From: Gallionella sp.
GTDB taxonomy: Bacteria; Pseudomonadota; Gammaproteobacteria; Burkholderiales; Gallionellaceae
Length of the DNA: 64,000 nucleotides
Assembly (NCBI GenBank): GCA_023229845.1
Contig: JALNYK010000008.1
Span: forward strand, 13,781-77,780
Reading direction: 5' to 3'
Part shown: in pieces, positions 17,480-29,314 of the stretch
How the letters are laid out: each line of letters starts with the position of its first letter
Numbering within the stretch: position 1 is the stretch's first letter
Made by a program: the position numbers and the translations under genes
Notes under the pieces: model-generated
The model's database searches: none
Seen by the model: only the letters and a program-made list of their open reading frames with translations
What the model was told of the DNA's origin: nothing

Positions 17480-18745
17480 TTAATTGACGGAAAGCTCCCG
17501 GGCCTGCATCGCTTCAGCCACGGTATGGAACGATCCGAAGGCCGCGATTCTATCATTTTCGCCTGCCTCGTTGCAGGCTAGGCGAAGTGCTTCGGCGACA
17601 GCTTCGAAGGTCCGAATCTCCCCATGCACGCCGCTGTCTTTCAGCACCCGAGTGAGCTCTTCCGCACTCGCGCCGCGCGGCACATCCAGCCCCGCGACCA
17701 GCCACACGTCGATATGCGGCTCCAGCGCCTGCACCACGCCCGCCATGTCCTTGTCCTTCAGCATCGCAAACACCGCAAAGGTCTTCGCCGGCGGCAGACT
17801 ACCCAGATTCTGTGCCAGCGAACGCGCCGCATGCGGGTTGTGCGCGACGTCCAAAATCAGTTGCGGCCTGCCCGGCACGAACTGGAAGCGCCCGGCCAGC
17901 TGCACCTCGACCAGCCCACGCCGCACTGCCTCCATGTTCACCGGCAGCTTGTCTTTCAGCGCATCCAGCGCCGCCAGCACCGCGCTGGCGTTGTGCAACT
18001 GGAACGCCCCGCGCAGCGCCGGGATGGGCAGCGAGGTGCGCGCACCCGACTTGCCGAAGAAATCCCACTGCCCCTGATGCGACTTGAAACCGAATTCCTG
18101 GCCTATGCACCACAGCTCCGCGCCGATCTCCCGCGCATGGTCGCGTATCGCCTGCGGCACATCGCCGTCGGCGCAGATCGCCACGCGATCCTTGCGGAAA
18201 ATGCCTGCCTTCTCGAACGCGATAGCCTCGCGCGTGTCGCCGAGATAATCGACGTGGTCAATGTCCACGCTGGTCACAACCGCGGCATCGGCGTCGAACA
18301 CGTTCACCGCATCCAGCCTGCCGCCCAGCCCCACCTCGAGGATGGCGACATCGACCTTGTGCCCAACGAACAAAGACATCGCGGCCAGCGTGCCAAACTC
18401 GAAATAAGTCAGCGCGGTTTCTCCCCGCGCCTGTTCGATGCTCTCGAACGACGCGCACAACTCCGCATCGCTCGCCTGTTTTTTAGCTATGCGCACGCGC
18501 TCGTTGTAATGCAGCAGATGCGGCGAGGTATAACAGCCTACCTTGTAACCGGCGGCATGCAGGATGGACTCCAGCATCGCGCACACCGACCCCTTGCCGT
18601 TGGTGCCGCCGACGACGATGACCGGGAATTCGGATTGAAGAGCCATCCGCTGTTTGACCTGCGCGACGCGGGCCAGGCCGAGCGCTATGGTCTTGGGGTG
18701 CAGGGATTCTAAATAGGAAAGCCAATCGGCCAGATTATTGGGCAT
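17480..18745 (-). CDS. folC: Bifunctional folylpolyglutamate synthase/dihydrofolate synthase
   Basis: Start at MPNNLADWLSYLESLHPK. P-loop VGGTNGKGS. The longer ORF start (18778) would lie inside a REP element. Confidence 0.93.
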   Translation of the reverse strand: MPNNLADWLSYLESLHPKTIALGLARVAQVKQRMALQSEFPVIVVGGTNGKGSVCAMLESILHAAGYKVGCYTSPHLLHYNERVRIAKKQASDAELCASFESIEQARGETALTYFEFGTLAAMSLFVGHKVDVAILEVGLGGRLDAVNVFDADAAVVTSVDIDHVDYLGDTREAIAFEKAGIFRKDRVAICADGDVPQAIRDHAREIGAELWCIGQEFGFKSHQGQWDFFGKSGARTSLPIPALRGAFQLHNASAVLAALDALKDKLPVNMEAVRRGLVEVQLAGRFQFVPGRPQLILDVAHNPHAARSLAQNLGSLPPAKTFAVFAMLKDKDMAGVVQALEPHIDVWLVAGLDVPRGASAEELTRVLKDSGVHGEIRTFEAVAEALRLACNEAGENDRIAAFGSFHTVAEAMQARELSVN

Positions 18746-18753
18746 TTGATTTT

Positions 18754-18834
18754 GTAGGGTGCAATAAGCGCAGCGCATTGCACCAAATCTCGTTGAAACA
18801 TCCGGCGCAATGCCCGTTGGTTATTGCGCCCTAC
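18754..18834. repeat. REP doublet, GTAGGGTGCAAT/ATTGCGCCCTAC type
   Basis: GTAGGGTGCAATAAGCGCAGCGCATTGCACC ... GGCGCAATGCCCGTTGGTTATTGCGCCCTAC. Confidence 0.8.
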
Positions 18835-18877
18835 GCTTACTCACCATGGACTAGCTCTTGGTGCCTAGAATTTATTT

Positions 18878-19312
18878 TCATAACCACCTCATCACCTCGC
18901 GCATATGCTCAAGGTATATGCCGCTATATGTTTCTAAGCGGCGTTTTACCTCAATGGAGTAAGACTTGAATAACCAACTCCAAAAAGTTGGCGTCCAGAA
19001 GGCGCTATCGACATCTCGCCACTTAACTCCATAAACTCCTTGTTCCCACGGAAAAACGCCGGAAGATACCCAGATGCCGACGTCATCAAAATAGAGTTCG
19101 TAGCTACGCAGAAGCAGAACTCGATACCCGACAAAAAGCGCAGAGACGACTAACACTATGAGGCCCGCTATCCAATGAATAGACCAAGCCACAGGGACGG
19201 CTATGAAGAACAACAACAGCGCTATAAGTCCAACGCCGATATAGGCTACCCATGATTTCTTAGCAATCCACTCGCCCTTGGACGGAAAGGCGATGACGTT
19301 GTCACTGTCCAT
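18878..19312 (-). CDS. Hypothetical 2-TM membrane protein (possibly bacterial PH-like C-terminal domain), low-GC insert between accD and folC
   Basis: Start at MDSDNV with AAGGAGAG upstream. Two long hydrophobic helices, then a Trp-rich domain of about 70 aa. A hand count of 19021-19080 gives about 48% G+C. Confidence 0.55.
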   Translation of the reverse strand: MDSDNVIAFPSKGEWIAKKSWVAYIGVGLIALLLFFIAVPVAWSIHWIAGLIVLVVSALFVGYRVLLLRSYELYFDDVGIWVSSGVFPWEQGVYGVKWRDVDSAFWTPTFWSWLFKSYSIEVKRRLETYSGIYLEHMREVMRWL

Positions 19313-19354
19313 TTGCTCTCCTTCATGCGATGTGGCGAAAAGGCCGAACATAAT

Positions 19355-20236
19355 CTAAGCCGCCTCGATCTCCGCCACTGCTGCCTGCTTGGTCAGCAGC
19401 GTGATCAGCGTCGCGAGCTGGTTCTTCATCTCGCGGCGGTCGATGATCATGTCCACCGCGCCGTGTTCCAACAGGAACTCGGCGCGCTGGAAGCCTTCCG
19501 GCAATGTTTCGCGCACGGTCTGCTGGATCACGCGGGCGCCGGCGAAGCCGATCAGTGCGCCAGGTTCGGCGATCACTACGTCGCCGACGAAGGCGAAGCT
19601 GGCGGAGACGCCGCCCATGGTCGGGTCGGTCAGCACCGAGATGAACGGCAGCTTTTCTTCGGAGAGCTGCGTCAGCGCGGCGCAGGTCTTGGCCATCTGC
19701 ATCAGCGACAGCAGGCCTTCCTGCATGCGCGCGCCGCCGCTGGCGGAGAAGCAGACGAAGGGGCATTTCTGTTCCAGCGCGACCTGCACGCCGCGCACGA
19801 AACGCTCGCCCACCACGGAGCCCATCGAACCGCCCATGAAGCTGAATTCGAACACCGCAACGACCACCGGCACCGCATGGATGCTGCCCTGCATCACCAC
19901 CAGCGCATCGTCCTCGCCAGTGGTTTTCTTCGACGCGACCAAACGGTCGGAGTATTTCTTCTGGTCCTTGAACTTCAGCGTGTCGATAGGCAGCACCTCC
20001 GCGCCGATCTCGAAACGGCCCTCGCTGTCGAGCAGCAGGTCGAGACGGGTGCGCGCGGTGATGCGGTGGTGGTGGCTGCACTTCGGGCAGACGCTCTGAT
20101 TCTTCTCCAGGTCGGAGTGGTACAGCACGGCCTGACAACTCGGGCACTTGCTCCACAGGCCTTCCGGCACGGTCTTCTTCGCGTCGCCGTCGCGGCGCTT
20201 GATCTTCGGGGGCAACAGTTTCTGGAACCAGCTCAT
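19355..20236 (-). CDS. accD: Acetyl-CoA carboxylase carboxyltransferase beta subunit
   Basis: 293 aa. N-terminal Zn ribbon CPSCQAVLY...CPKCSHH and the conserved CT-beta core. Confidence 0.95.
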   Translation of the reverse strand: MSWFQKLLPPKIKRRDGDAKKTVPEGLWSKCPSCQAVLYHSDLEKNQSVCPKCSHHHRITARTRLDLLLDSEGRFEIGAEVLPIDTLKFKDQKKYSDRLVASKKTTGEDDALVVMQGSIHAVPVVVAVFEFSFMGGSMGSVVGERFVRGVQVALEQKCPFVCFSASGGARMQEGLLSLMQMAKTCAALTQLSEEKLPFISVLTDPTMGGVSASFAFVGDVVIAEPGALIGFAGARVIQQTVRETLPEGFQRAEFLLEHGAVDMIIDRREMKNQLATLITLLTKQAAVAEIEAA

Positions 20237-20249
20237 AAATCTCTCCTCT

Positions 20250-21046
20250 TTAGGCCTTATCGATGGCCTGTCTCAATTCCTTGACCAGCTTGCCGACGTT
20301 GGCGACGACATCCTGTTCGGTCGAATTCTCCACTTCCTGCACGATGCGGCTGCCGACGACGACGCCGTCGCACAGCTTGGCCACCGCCAGCGCGGTCTCC
20401 GCATCGCGGATGCCGAAACCGACGCCGATGGGCAGCGAAATGTATTTGCGCAGATGGGGCAGCTTCTCCGCTATCGCATCCAGATCGAGGTGGCCCGCGC
20501 CGGTGACGCCCTTCAGCGACACGTAATACACGTAGCCGCGCGCCAGCTTGGCGACCTCGGCGATGCGCTCGTCGCTGGTGGTGGGTGCCAACAGGAAGAT
20601 CGGATCGAGGCCGTGCGCCTCCAGGTGCGCGAACGCCTCGTGGCTCTCTTCCGGCGGGAAGTCCACGGTCAGCACGCCATCGACGCCGACTGCGGCCGCG
20701 CTCTTGGCGAACGTCTCCCAGCCCATCGCCTCGATCGGGTTGCCGTAACCCATCAGCACCACCGGAGTGGAGGCATTGGTCTTGCGGAACTCGGCGACCA
20801 TGCCCAACACGTCGCGCAGGGACACGTTGTGCTTCAGCGCGCGCTCGGAGGCGCGCTGTATCGTAGGGCCGTCCGCCATCGGGTCGGAGAACGGCACACC
20901 CAGCTCGATCACATCCGCGCCCGCCTCGACCAACCCGTGCATCAGCGGCACGGTCACTTGCGGATTCGGGTCGCCCGCGGTGACGAACGGGATCAGCGCG
21001 CGGCGCTGCTGCACCTTCAACTTCTCGAATGCTGCCTGGATGCGGC

Positions 21047-21050
<4 letters not shown>
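20250..21050 (-). CDS. trpA: Tryptophan synthase alpha chain
   Basis: Start at [12 protein letters not shown] (ATGA overlap with the trpB stop). Contains IPFVTAGDP and [17 protein letters not shown]. The remaining 5' part of ORF 20250..21848 is a shadow frame inside trpB. Confidence 0.95.
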
Positions 21051-22223
<1,173 letters not shown>

Positions 22224-22243
<20 letters not shown>

Positions 22244-22856
22244 CGACTCGTTTTACCTCGTTGACGAATGCCGCGACCTTCGCCGCATCCTTGATTCCTT
22301 TGCCCGCCTCTACTCCGCTGGACACGTCCACCGCGTAGGGGCGCACCCGCTCTATCGCCTCCGCGACGTTTTCCGCATCCAGCCCGCCCGACAGTATCAC
22401 CGGCAGCGGCAGTTGCCGCGGGATCAACCCCCAATCGAAGGTCGCCCCGGTGCCGCCCGGCACGCCCGCCACATAGGCATCCAGCAACAGCGCCCGGGCC
22501 GTGGAAAATTGCGCCGCGCATTGTAGCAAATCCACCCCGGCTTTGACGCGGATCGCCTTGAGGTAGGGCCGGCCGAATTGCGTGCAATATTCGGGCGACT
22601 CGTCGCCGTGGAACTGCAGCACGTCCAGCGGCACTGTGGCCAGCACCTCGCGCACGAAAGCGGCTTCGGCATCGACGAAAAGACCTACCGTGGTGACGAA
22701 CGGCGGCAGCGCCGCGACCAGTTGTGCCGCCTGTTCGGCGCTCACATGGCGCGGACTCTTCGCATAGAACACCAGCCCGATCGCGTCCGCGCCGCTGGCG
22801 GCGACGGTGCGCGCATCTTCCGCGCGCGTAATGCCGCAGATCTTCACCCGCGTCAC
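22224..22856 (-). CDS. trpF: Phosphoribosylanthranilate isomerase
   Basis: The conserved N-terminus is [13 protein letters not shown] place the start at GTG 22856 (GTGA overlap with the truA stop). The ORF track start at 22904 is also possible. Confidence 0.85.
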
Positions 22857-23641
22857 AGCAGTTCTCCCGGCATCGTATCGTCGTCCATCTGCGGCAATCC
22901 CCATTTTTCCTCGTATCGAATGCGGCGCAAGTATAAGCCATCGGGCGCGAAGGTCGGCGCGGCAAGACGGCGCTCGCGGCCTTCCAGCACATCGCGCAGC
23001 CAGTCCGGCGGATGCTTGCCCTTGCCGACGTAGACCAGACAGCCGACGATGTTGCGCACCATGTGGTGCAGGAATGCGCCGGCGCTGAGGTCGAACACGA
23101 TCATGTCGCCCTCGCGGTGAATGTCGAGCCGGGTTAGTGTTTTGACCGGCGACTTAGCCTGGCATTCCGCCGCGCGGAACGCGCTGAAGTCGTGCTCGCC
23201 CAGCAGGTGCTGCGCGGCCTCCCGCATCACTTCGACATCCAGCGGCGCATGGAACCAGCCAACCTTGCCGGATTGGATCGCCGGGCGCATCGGGCGGTTC
23301 AGCAACAGGTAGCGGTAGCTGCGTCCGTGCGCGGAGAAGCGCGCGTGAAATTCGTCCGGCACCGCATGCGCCCAGCGCACCGCGACGCTCTCCGGCAGCA
23401 GCGCGTTCGCACCGCGCACCCAGGCGGTCAGCGGCCGGTCGGTCTGCGTATCGAAATGCACCACCTGTTCGGTCGCATGCACGCCGGTGTCGGTGCGTCC
23501 GGCGGCGGTGACAGCGATGGCCTCGCCGGCGATCTGGCTCAGCGCAGCCTGCAATGCGCCCTGCACCGTCGCCCTGTCAGGCTGGCTTTGCCAGCCGGAG
23601 AACGGCCGACCGTCGTATTCGATACCCAGTGCAATCCTCAT
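22853..23641 (-). CDS. truA: tRNA pseudouridine(38-40) synthase
   Basis: Start at [11 protein letters not shown], with the catalytic motif GRTDTGVHA. Confidence 0.93.
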   Translation of the reverse strand: MRIALGIEYDGRPFSGWQSQPDRATVQGALQAALSQIAGEAIAVTAAGRTDTGVHATEQVVHFDTQTDRPLTAWVRGANALLPESVAVRWAHAVPDEFHARFSAHGRSYRYLLLNRPMRPAIQSGKVGWFHAPLDVEVMREAAQHLLGEHDFSAFRAAECQAKSPVKTLTRLDIHREGDMIVFDLSAGAFLHHMVRNIVGCLVYVGKGKHPPDWLRDVLEGRERRLAAPTFAPDGLYLRRIRYEEKWGLPQMDDDTMPGELL

Positions 23642-24252
23642 CACAAGCTCCACCATAACAGCGACAGTGCGGCACCCATCAGCAGCGCATCGCCCAGACC
23701 GAATCTGTACAACGGCAATTCCATCTCGCGAGTCGATTCGCCGTGTGGCTCAAGCAGGCCGTCCAGCGTCTCCCGCCAGCCGCGCTTGCCGCGCAGCATC
23801 GCCGCCTCGGCATAATGCAGCGTCAACGCCAGCCGCACCGCGAAACGTTCGCGCACTCCGCCCAACAATTGCAGCGGCGCGAACAGCGTATAGAGACCAG
23901 AGATCAACTGCATGCGATGCAACCGGTCCAGCAACATCGCCAGCGCGGCCAGCGCGGCCAGCAGCCGCAACAGTTGCGACAGGCCATCGAGCAGTCCCTC
24001 GCGGCTGGGACTGAACGCGCCGAACGGCGCGTACAGTGCTACGCCCGGCGTGCTCCAGGCGTAGATCAGCAGCAGCGACAGCATGATCCAGCGGGTGCGG
24101 CGCAACAACTGCGCGAACTTGTGGCGTGCAACGAAGACTGCGCACAACAGCACCGCACCGCTCGCCAACAGCAGCGCATCGAACTTCAGCAGCTGCAGCA
24201 TCGCGACCAGCAAACACCAGGCAAGTATCTGGGTGGCGGGATGGAATTTCAC
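23641..24252 (-). CDS. Hypothetical polytopic membrane protein (weak CbiQ/EcfT-like impression)
   Basis: 203 aa with a GTG start and 4-5 hydrophobic helices. The stop shares one base with the truA ATG. Family assignment is uncertain. Confidence 0.45.
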   Translation of the reverse strand: MKFHPATQILAWCLLVAMLQLLKFDALLLASGAVLLCAVFVARHKFAQLLRRTRWIMLSLLLIYAWSTPGVALYAPFGAFSPSREGLLDGLSQLLRLLAALAALAMLLDRLHRMQLISGLYTLFAPLQLLGGVRERFAVRLALTLHYAEAAMLRGKRGWRETLDGLLEPHGESTREMELPLYRFGLGDALLMGAALSLLWWSL

Positions 24253-24273
24253 GCAAAGCTCCCTGCGTCGGAC

Positions 24274-24309
24274 AAAAAGAAAACGGCAGCCCTGCTTCGA
24301 GCTGCCGTC
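24274..24309 (-). terminator. Rho-independent terminator after fimV
   Basis: The minus strand reads GACGGCAGCucgaagcaggGCUGCCGUUUUCUUUUU, about 15 nt after the fimV stop. Confidence 0.7.
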
Positions 24310-24325
24310 ACCAGGAAACGCACGA

Positions 24326-26947
24326 TCAGATCAGTTGATCGATCAGCGCCTGAGCCGCCTCTTGCTGCTCTGAGTCGCCGTCGCGCAGCACTTCATCGAG
24401 GATCTCGCGGGCGCCAGTCTGATCGCCCATTTCTTGATAGGCGCGAGCTAGGTCGAGCTTGGTCGCGACTTCGTGCCAGCGCTCGTCCTTGACCACCTCT
24501 GGAGCGGCTTCCGCAGGCGCGCCAATATCGTCCAGATTCAAGCTGATACCGGACAGGCCGATATCGGCCGCCGGTGCGGCCGGCTTGACCGCTTCTTCCT
24601 CTACCGGGAAGTCCAGCGAGAATTCCATCACGTCATCGTCGCTGTGCTCAACCTTTCTCGGCTCTTCGGGTTCGGCGACCGGCATGGACGTGGAAGATAT
24701 ATCGAAAACCAGATCGTCCAGATTGGGCAGTCCCGACTCGGCTGGCTCTTCCTCAACCGCGGCTTCCTCCGTCATGGCTGCGGCAGGCATGGACGGGCTG
24801 GTCGAGGTGATGTCGAAATCCATGTCTGGCGCAGACAACGAAGGATTGGTCGCAGTCAGATCGAAGTCCATCACCATTTCCTGCGCTGCCGGCATCTCCT
24901 CCGGGTTCAGGATCATGGTCTTGCCTGCGTCGTCCCCACCCAGATCGAAGTCCACTTCCGGCGACGATGTCTCTGCCACAATCTCCGGCGCCATATTCAG
25001 CACCATGGTCTGCATGGTCGCGCTCGCCGCATCCTCTATGGATGGACCGCCGTACATCGGGTTGTTCGGCTCCAGCTTGCGGCCCATTGCCGCAGCCTGC
25101 TGCCAGGCCGGCTCGTCGCCGGACATCTGCAACTGACGTGCGATGGCCGCGAACGAATTCACGTCCACGCGGTTGGCATAGATGCCGAGCAGCTTGAGAT
25201 GAATGCGGTGATCGTCCGGCGTGCGCAGCAAGGCTTCTTTAAGCACCTCTTCGGCCTGAGCATCGCGCCCGAAATTCAGGAACAGGTCGGCTTCGCTGAT
25301 CGGGTCCACGTCATCGGACTGAGCGCCCTCGACTTCATTGGTAGCGACCAGCGCGGTGAAATCGCCGGTATCCGGAGACGGGGTCTGAGGCGTAGCCATC
25401 CGGCCAGTAATCTCGCCCAGTTCTTCCTGCTTCTCGCTGAACGCAGCAGCAGGACTCTTACGCCGGCGCTGCGCCATGTAGCCCAGACCACCCAGCGCGA
25501 GCAGCACCGCAGCACCACCGGCCAGATAAAGCGGTTCGCCCAAAATCTCGTCGACCAGCGTAGGCTCGGGCTCGACCACCTTGGGTGCGACGACCTTGGG
25601 CTTGGGCTGAGCGACTGGTGCAGAGGCCGCCGCCACTTCACTGGCAGCCGCTACCGCAGAGGCCGCAGCCACATCGGAAACCGCGCTGGCGGACTGCACC
25701 AGCGCCGCAGCCTGCGACTTCAGTTCGGCCAGACGCTGCATATCCTTGAGATTCTGCTCCAGCATCGCCAAGCGGGTCTTCTCTTCTTCCATGGCCTTGG
25801 CCTTGGCGATCGCCTCTTCCTGCGCGGCATTCTTCCTGTCCTGCGCAGTCATCGCCTTGCCGCCGCCGGCCGCAGCCTGATCGCCGGGCGCCTCGCCCTT
25901 GGACAGCTTCAGCACCTCCTTGGCGGATTCCTTCGCAACCGGCGCCTTGTCGGCGACCGTGCTGGTGATCTTGCCGCTGGAGACCTGTTGTGCCTCCTGA
26001 GATTGGCTGCTCACAGGCGCTGCGCTGGCAAGTTTCTGGCGATAGGCGTTCCAGTCGGCAGCCTGCGCGCGTATCTCCCTGACAGCCTGGGCTTGCGCCA
26101 CGTTCATCAACTCATCCTGCTCGGGCAGGCGCAGGATCTTGCCGGTCTTGATGCGGTTCATGTTCCTGCCGTCGAACTGCTCGGCATTGGCGCGGTACAA
26201 CGCGACCAGCATGCGTTCTAGGCTGACGTCGACCGGCTTGTTCTCGGCGGCGATCTGATTCAGCGTGTCGCCGCGTTTGACGACGATCTCTCCAGCCGGA
26301 GCGGCCTTGGCGACCGGCTTGGGCGCAGGAACGGCGACAGGCTGTTTGGCCAGCGCCTTCTCATCGCCAGGCGCTTCGGCACGCATGGTATCGGACTCAG
26401 GCTTGGCCGGCTCGGCCCACTCCTGCTGATACTGGCGCTCCTGCTCGGTCTGTTCGACAGGCGCAGCAGCGGGTTCGACGGTCTCGACCGGAGCTGCAGG
26501 CGCGACCGGCGCGACGGTCACGACCTCGGCCGGTGCGGGCTGTTCTGCGACGTAATCGGGAGGATCGAGCAAGAAGGTGTATTCGCGCAGCAGCTTACCG
26601 GACGACCATGTCAACTCGACCAGCAAGCTGACGAAGGGATCGTTGACCGGCTGTGCGCTGCTCACGACGAGGTAGGAACTGCCGTCGGCGCGATGCTCCA
26701 CCTGAAACTTAAACTTGTTGCCGTAAGGGTACTCCAGCCCGGCGCCCTTGTAGGCGTCGGCGGAAGCGAGGCGTGCGACCAGACTGGCTTTCTCGGCCTT
26801 GCCGACCGACACCAGTTCGATATCGGCCTTAAGCGGCTGACCCAACGCGGACACCACGTTTATGCCTCCCAACCCCAGAGCCGAGGCTGTTGCGGACAGT
26901 GCCAGAGCGACAACAAACCCGAGCAGTTTCAGTAGTGATTTATGCAC
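24326..26947 (-). CDS. fimV: FimV/HubP-family polar landmark protein (LysM plus acidic repeats plus C-terminal TPR-like domain)
   Basis: 873 aa. N-terminus LGLGGINVVSALGQPLKADIELV, a LysM segment VVKRGDTLNQIAAEN...KTGKILRLP, one TM helix and the C-terminal FimV motif LDLARAYQEMGDQTGAREILDEV. Confidence 0.85.
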   Translation of the reverse strand: MHKSLLKLLGFVVALALSATASALGLGGINVVSALGQPLKADIELVSVGKAEKASLVARLASADAYKGAGLEYPYGNKFKFQVEHRADGSSYLVVSSAQPVNDPFVSLLVELTWSSGKLLREYTFLLDPPDYVAEQPAPAEVVTVAPVAPAAPVETVEPAAAPVEQTEQERQYQQEWAEPAKPESDTMRAEAPGDEKALAKQPVAVPAPKPVAKAAPAGEIVVKRGDTLNQIAAENKPVDVSLERMLVALYRANAEQFDGRNMNRIKTGKILRLPEQDELMNVAQAQAVREIRAQAADWNAYRQKLASAAPVSSQSQEAQQVSSGKITSTVADKAPVAKESAKEVLKLSKGEAPGDQAAAGGGKAMTAQDRKNAAQEEAIAKAKAMEEEKTRLAMLEQNLKDMQRLAELKSQAAALVQSASAVSDVAAASAVAAASEVAAASAPVAQPKPKVVAPKVVEPEPTLVDEILGEPLYLAGGAAVLLALGGLGYMAQRRRKSPAAAFSEKQEELGEITGRMATPQTPSPDTGDFTALVATNEVEGAQSDDVDPISEADLFLNFGRDAQAEEVLKEALLRTPDDHRIHLKLLGIYANRVDVNSFAAIARQLQMSGDEPAWQQAAAMGRKLEPNNPMYGGPSIEDAASATMQTMVLNMAPEIVAETSSPEVDFDLGGDDAGKTMILNPEEMPAAQEMVMDFDLTATNPSLSAPDMDFDITSTSPSMPAAAMTEEAAVEEEPAESGLPNLDDLVFDISSTSMPVAEPEEPRKVEHSDDDVMEFSLDFPVEEEAVKPAAPAADIGLSGISLNLDDIGAPAEAAPEVVKDERWHEVATKLDLARAYQEMGDQTGAREILDEVLRDGDSEQQEAAQALIDQLI

Positions 26948-27050
26948 GCTACCACCCTCACCTTATTTATTGGACAAGTAAAATAACATCATGGGGTTAT
27001 CAGCACAAGCTGATAATTCAAGTTCACAACCCCCGCTTAATCAAACCCGG

Positions 27051-28073
27051 CTAATCCAGGTACTTCTCGATCAGGATCTCGGCGATCTGCACGCTGTTCA
27101 ACGCCGCCCCCTTGCGCACGTTATCGCTGACCACCCACAGATTCAGGCCCAGCGGGTGGGATACGTCCTCGCGAATACGCCCCACATAGGTCGCGTCGGT
27201 GCCCGCCGCCTCGACCGGAGTCGGGTAACCGCCCGGTTCGCGCTTATCCATCACCTGCACGCCCGGTGCCTTTTCCAGCAGCGCACGCGCCTCGTCGGCA
27301 GTGATCTTTTTGCGAGTCTCGATGTGTATCGCCTCGGAATGTCCGTAGAACACCGGCACGCGCACTGCGGTCGGGTTCACCAAAATGGAGTCGTCTTCCA
27401 TGATCTTCTGGGTTTCCCACACCATCTTCATTTCTTCCTTGGTGTAGCCGTTTTCCATGAACACGTCGATGTGCGGCAGCACGTTGAAGGCGATTTGTTT
27501 CGGGTAAACCTCGACCTTCACGTCCTGCGAATTAAACAGCGCGCGAGTCTGGTCGGAGAGCTCGTCGATGGCTTCCTTGCCGGTGCCGGACACGGCTTGA
27601 TAAGTCGCCACGTTGATGCGGGAGATGCCCACCGCATCCTTGATCGGCTTCAACGCCACCATCATCTGGATGGTCGAGCAGTTCGGATTGGCGATGATGC
27701 CGCGATTCTTGTATTGAGCGATCGCGTGCGGATTTACTTCCGGCACGACCAGCGGAATGTCGCGGTCGTAGCGGAAGTGCGCGGTGTTGTCGATCACGAC
27801 ACAACCGGCTGCCGCCGCGATGGGCGCATACTTTTCCGACACGCTGCCGCCAGCCGAGAACAAGCCGATCTGTGCCTTGGAGAAGTCGAATTTTTCCACA
27901 TCGAGAACGGTGATTTCCTTGCCGTTGAAGGTCACGGTGGAACCGGCCGAGCGGCTGGACGCCAACGGGTACAGGTTGCGCACCGGAAACTTGCGCTGTT
28001 CCAGGATGGACAGCATCGCCTCGCCCACCGCACCGGTCGCACCGAGGATACATACGTCGTATTGCTTGCTCAT
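27051..28073 (-). CDS. asd: Aspartate-semialdehyde dehydrogenase
   Basis: 340 aa. Contains GATGAVG and the NPNCSTIQ active-site Cys motif. Confidence 0.97.
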   Translation of the reverse strand: MSKQYDVCILGATGAVGEAMLSILEQRKFPVRNLYPLASSRSAGSTVTFNGKEITVLDVEKFDFSKAQIGLFSAGGSVSEKYAPIAAAAGCVVIDNTAHFRYDRDIPLVVPEVNPHAIAQYKNRGIIANPNCSTIQMMVALKPIKDAVGISRINVATYQAVSGTGKEAIDELSDQTRALFNSQDVKVEVYPKQIAFNVLPHIDVFMENGYTKEEMKMVWETQKIMEDDSILVNPTAVRVPVFYGHSEAIHIETRKKITADEARALLEKAPGVQVMDKREPGGYPTPVEAAGTDATYVGRIREDVSHPLGLNLWVVSDNVRKGAALNSVQIAEILIEKYLD

Positions 28074-28113
28074 TATTTTTCCTAACTAAATTCGATAAAG
28101 CCTGATAAACCGG

Positions 28114-28199
28114 AAGAAGGGTAAAGGGGGAAGGGGAAGGGATAAGGGTGAAAATCTCTCACCGCTGCTACCCTTCTCCCTTCCCTCTTCCCCCTTCCC
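28114..28199. repeat. Long imperfect hairpin made of a polypurine arm and a polypyrimidine arm (GAAGGG/CCCTTC units)
   Basis: GAAGAAGGGTAAAGGGGGAAGGGGAAGGGATAAGGGTG, an 18-nt loop, then TACCCTTCTCCCTTCCCTCTTCCCCCTTCCC. Lies in the leuB-asd intergenic region. Confidence 0.75.
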
Positions 28200-28205
28200 A
28201 ATAAG

Positions 28206-29288
28206 TTAAAGGGCCGCAACCACCGCGTCGCCCATCGCCTTGCAGCCGATCTTCTGCATGCCGGCCTCGGCGATATCGCCGGTGCGCAGGCCTTGCTGCA
28301 GCGTCTTGCGCACGGCCGCCTCGATGCGCTGCGCGATGTCTTCGCGCGCGAAGGTGTAGCGCATCATCATCGCGACCGACAGGATGGTCGCCAGCGGATT
28401 GGCGATGTCCTTGCCGGCGATGTCCGGCGCGGAACCGTGGCAGGGCTCATACAGGCCCTTGTTGTTCGCGTCCAGCGAGGCGGACGGCAGCATGCCGATG
28501 GAGCCGGTCAGCATCGACGCCTCGTCCGACAGGATGTCGCCGAAGATGTTGCCGGTCAGGATCACGTCGAACTGCTTGGGCGCGCGCACCAGCTGCATCG
28601 CCGCATTGTCCACATACATATGAGACAGCTCGACCTCGGGATATTCCTTCGCCACCTCGGTGACGATCTCGCGCCAGAACATGCTGGTGTCCAGCACGTT
28701 GGCCTTGTCCACGGAGCACAGTTTCCCCTTGCCATTATTTTTAATGGCGCGCTTCATCGCGATCTGGAAACCGACATGCGCGACGCGGCGGATCTCGGAC
28801 TCGCTGTAGTGCATGGTGTCGAAACCCTGACGCTCGCCGTTGTCCAGCGTGCGGATGCCGCGCGGCTGGCCGAAGTAGATGTCGCCGGTGAGTTCGCGCA
28901 AGATCATGATATCCAGTCCGGACACCAGCTCCGGCTTCAGGCTGGAAGAATTGACCAGCTCCGGATACACCATCGCGGGACGCAGATTGGCGAACAAGCC
29001 CAAGCCCTTGCGGATACGCAGCAGGCCCTGTTCCGGGCGCATGGGACGCGGCAGGTTATCGTACTGGTAGCCGCCGACCGCGCCGAGCAGCACCGCATCG
29101 GATTCCTGCGCCAGCTTCAGCGTCGCTTCCGGCAACGGATCCTGTGCCGCGTCGTAACCCGCGCCGCCGATGTGCGCGTGTTCCATCTCGATCTTCAGGC
29201 CGTCGCTGCGCAACGCTTCCAATACTTTCACCGCCTGCGCGACGATCTCCGGTCCGATGCCGTCACCCGGCAATACTGCGATTTTCAT
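28206..29288 (-). CDS. leuB: 3-isopropylmalate dehydrogenase
   Basis: 360 aa. Contains [15 protein letters not shown] and [10 protein letters not shown]-type motifs. Confidence 0.97.
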   Translation of the reverse strand: MKIAVLPGDGIGPEIVAQAVKVLEALRSDGLKIEMEHAHIGGAGYDAAQDPLPEATLKLAQESDAVLLGAVGGYQYDNLPRPMRPEQGLLRIRKGLGLFANLRPAMVYPELVNSSSLKPELVSGLDIMILRELTGDIYFGQPRGIRTLDNGERQGFDTMHYSESEIRRVAHVGFQIAMKRAIKNNGKGKLCSVDKANVLDTSMFWREIVTEVAKEYPEVELSHMYVDNAAMQLVRAPKQFDVILTGNIFGDILSDEASMLTGSIGMLPSASLDANNKGLYEPCHGSAPDIAGKDIANPLATILSVAMMMRYTFAREDIAQRIEAAVRKTLQQGLRTGDIAEAGMQKIGCKAMGDAVVAAL

Positions 29289-29314
29289 TTCAACATCCTC
29301 TCTTAAAACTTACC

